The notes beneath the pieces are model-generated. The model worked only from the letters and a program-made list of their open reading frames with translations. It searched no databases and was not told the DNA's origin. Of a DNA stretch of 64,000 nt, positions 61,411 through 64,000 are shown one piece after another (positions within the stretch are counted from its first letter, which is position 1; every line of letters starts with the position of its first letter). The translations under genes and the position numbers were made by a program. Source of the DNA: Squalus acanthias (lineage: Eukaryota); the NCBI GenBank assembly GCA_030390025.1, contig CM059432.1:87980001-88044000 (forward strand). The letters are read 5' to 3'.

Positions 61411-63354
61411 ACTGAGCTGCAGAAACCCTGGAAAAATTGTGTAAATGGTGTTTACGTCATTTTTTCCAGGGTTTACGTAGCTCTTCTGCAAAAGTCATGG
61501 TGGACAAGCGGGAGAAGTCCCATAGATATTTACTGCGGGTCATTGCTAATCAAGAACTATGTGGTTATGATTCTAAAGAAAAAATAACTTTATTACTAGG
61601 TGGCCCAAAAGCGGGATTACTTTACACCACATTACAGTTACAGGTTGAGGTTTCAACATACGAAAGCATAGTTTACGTCATAGAAAATTTAAAAATATTA
61701 CACTTTACAAAGTTAGACACAGTTGAGCACATTCTTGTACCTTAATTGTAGGCCTGGACTAACCCACTTTTGTTCTTGCAGGTCTCAATTACATAGACTG
61801 CCCCTATTGTCTGAATACATGGAGTTTGGTTATCAATATTTTCCTTGAACTTGGAGAAGTCTAACATGGATTTTCAGGCTCACTTCCTCGGTTTTACTGT
61901 GGTTCAGTATCTCTCTGCCTGTCGCTTTCTTTGAGCTGCTCTCAGATCTCTATCCCTCTACAGGCTGTTCTTCGGGCTGTCTCTCTGCAGGTACTTTATT
62001 TTCTCTGCTAGACTAGAGTGCTCGGATCAGAGCACTTCTTTGCACCTTTGAATCAGCCGGATCAGGATTCCTGGCAACCGGTGATCTCTGCCACATGTCC
62101 AGTTCTGCACCCACAGGCATTTCTTTCTTGCTCCCAGAGCTCTTTTCTGTTACTCTGGGGTTGAAATTCATCTTTGGTGGTAGAGCAAAATTGGCGATAG
62201 GAATCGGCAGCCCATTTTACACTCTGCTCGATACTCTTTTCCATTTACTTCTTGAAAAAGAATATTGGGCAGTGTAAACGGGCTGCCGATTCACTAATGC
62301 CCATTTTGCGTTATCGCCCAAGACATATTTTAACCCCTCTATCACGTTGTGCCCCTGTCCAGTCCAAATTCTCAACCTCTGCTTCTTTAATGTATTCATT
62401 CACTCTCTGTTGCACTTCTGGCCTCAACTCACTTCTCAGTACAGTCCAAGACTCTAGCCTGTTTTGTCTCAGTCCCAGGCCCTTGCCTACATGTTTGTCT
62501 TGCTGTGACTGTGTATGAGTCTACTATGCCAGCTCATGCTTTGCTTTCTGCTCTTGGCCTTCATGTGTTTCTGGTTCCTAATCTCCTGCAGTCATGTTCT
62601 GTCCCTCAGTTCCCTGAATTTCCTCCTGTATTTTCTTGGTTACGACTCCCTGAACTCACTTCTGCGCTTTATAATTACTAACTATTTCCCGTTAGCCTTT
62701 GCTGCTTCTAATTTATGTTTTTATTTCCCACACCCAATTTTTCTGCACTAATGTTCCTGTTCTCAATGGCTTTTGTTTTGCTGCTTATCTTCGTTATCAT
62801 TCTTTCTACCTCCCCTACTTTCCCATTCATGTCGCTGCCCCAGTGGCTGCTTAGAAGCACATGAGTTAATACTGAAGATCACTTTATAATGTATTGTTTT
62901 ATTCATCCACCTATTTAGTACAATAAGGGGGTAAAAATAGTAAGATCACATATCCCTTTAAACAATGGCCTCACTGTGTCATGGCAATGAGAACTTCCAT
63001 GGTTGTTAGTGCATATCTGATATCTGCCACTTTTGCACACTGTGAAGCAATTTTCAGCAGTAATGTAAAAGTGGCACTATAACTGTGGAGTTAGGTCCCA
63101 ATGTGACTCTACCCGTACTCTTGAAGCATTCAAAATTTATGATCTGGGTGCCAAGTTCTGTGCATATGTATAAGTAAGCATGCACAGAGCTCTCTTATGC
63201 TCTGCTGGTTTGCTCAGAAAACAACTGATTATTTTATGTCAACATTTTTGATTGATTAGTAATGTTACATTTTTAGTTTAAGTAATTCTGCTAGAAAAAT
63301 CAGTATCATCCAGCAGTGTCTCCAAACTATTTTTTAAAACTTCTTTCTATGCAG

Positions 63355-63473
63355 ACGTGGGATATTGAACTGGAAAGGTCTTCGGAAGCTTGGGCTGCAG
63401 ACTGCCGATGGGAACATGGACCTGCTTACCTGCTACCTTCTATAGGGCAGAATCTGGGTGCACACTGGGGCAG
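63355..63473 (+). CDS. CRISPLD1: CRISPLD1-like coding exon 2 (CAP domain)
   Basis: [56 protein letters not shown]; 119 nt, phase 0 to 2. Confidence 0.93.
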
Positions 63474-63569
63474 GTATTGTATGCAATACCTGACTGAGAT
63501 AAATTAGATTGAGATATGTTAGTTTTTGTCTGCAAAGATTACTTTTTATTTTTAATTTTAAATCCACAG

Positions 63570-63702
63570 ATACCGACCTCCTACCTTTCATGTTCAAGCA
63601 TGGTATGATGAAGTTAGAGATTACATGTATCCTTATCCTCAAGAATGTAACCCTTGGTGTCCCTTTAGATGTGTTGGTCCAGTATGCACCCATTATACTC
63701 AG
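63570..63702 (+). CDS. CRISPLD1: CRISPLD1-like coding exon 3 (CAP domain); gene continues beyond the window
   Basis: CCACAG|(R)[50 protein letters not shown]; 133 nt, phase 2 to 0; 96-nt preceding intron. Confidence 0.93.
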
Positions 63703-64000
63703 GTATGCTTGAGTTTAAATAAAATCTTTAATGTGGTTGCTATTTTTTGTAAATGTTTTCAATGGTAAGTGGTTTTAATTGTAAAAAGAAATGCTTGAGA
63801 CTGGGTGGCACAGTATTTTAACATGCTGCCTCATTCACCTCTAAGACATAATTCAAAATCCAGCCCATGTAATGAAAGACTCCTCTTTCTGTTGTGTAAA
63901 ATAAACCTACATGAAATTAGTTTGGTCAGACTCAATTTGGGCTCACAACGCAAAACTGACACTAAATTGGCAATCACACTATGCTAGGCAGTGTGGGAAA

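Overview
Eukaryotic, repeat-dense vertebrate DNA. The repeat repertoire (HE1-type V-SINE, SacSINE1-type DeuSINE, CR1, L2, RTE) points to a cartilaginous fish (shark); this is an inference from recognised families, not a database result. One host gene is present: the 5' part of a CRISPLD1-like CAP-superfamily gene on + (CpG-rich promoter ~47.0-47.1 kb, non-coding exon 1, coding exons 47887-48225, 63355-63473, 63570-63702; continues past the window). The rest is a nested stack of transposons dominated by PIF/Harbinger elements: one complete 4.3-kb two-gene copy with an intact spliced Myb/SANT gene and a dead transposase, several deleted copies and many MITEs. Most notable: (1) an ORF1-less LINE with a tRNA-derived 5' head, plus a SINE-sized derivative of it; (2) a minimal hammerhead-ribozyme motif in a Penelope-type repeat; (3) an internal duplication in the CRISPLD1-like propeptide; (4) a 2.2-kb minisatellite expanded inside a MITE (not CRISPR); (5) a 780-bp cassette bounded by perfect 29-bp inverted repeats; (6) perfect CRE sites in seven TIR elements; (7) an age-graded tandem repeat abutting the gene promoter. 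Coordinates were read by eye; element ends without a TSD are approximate.
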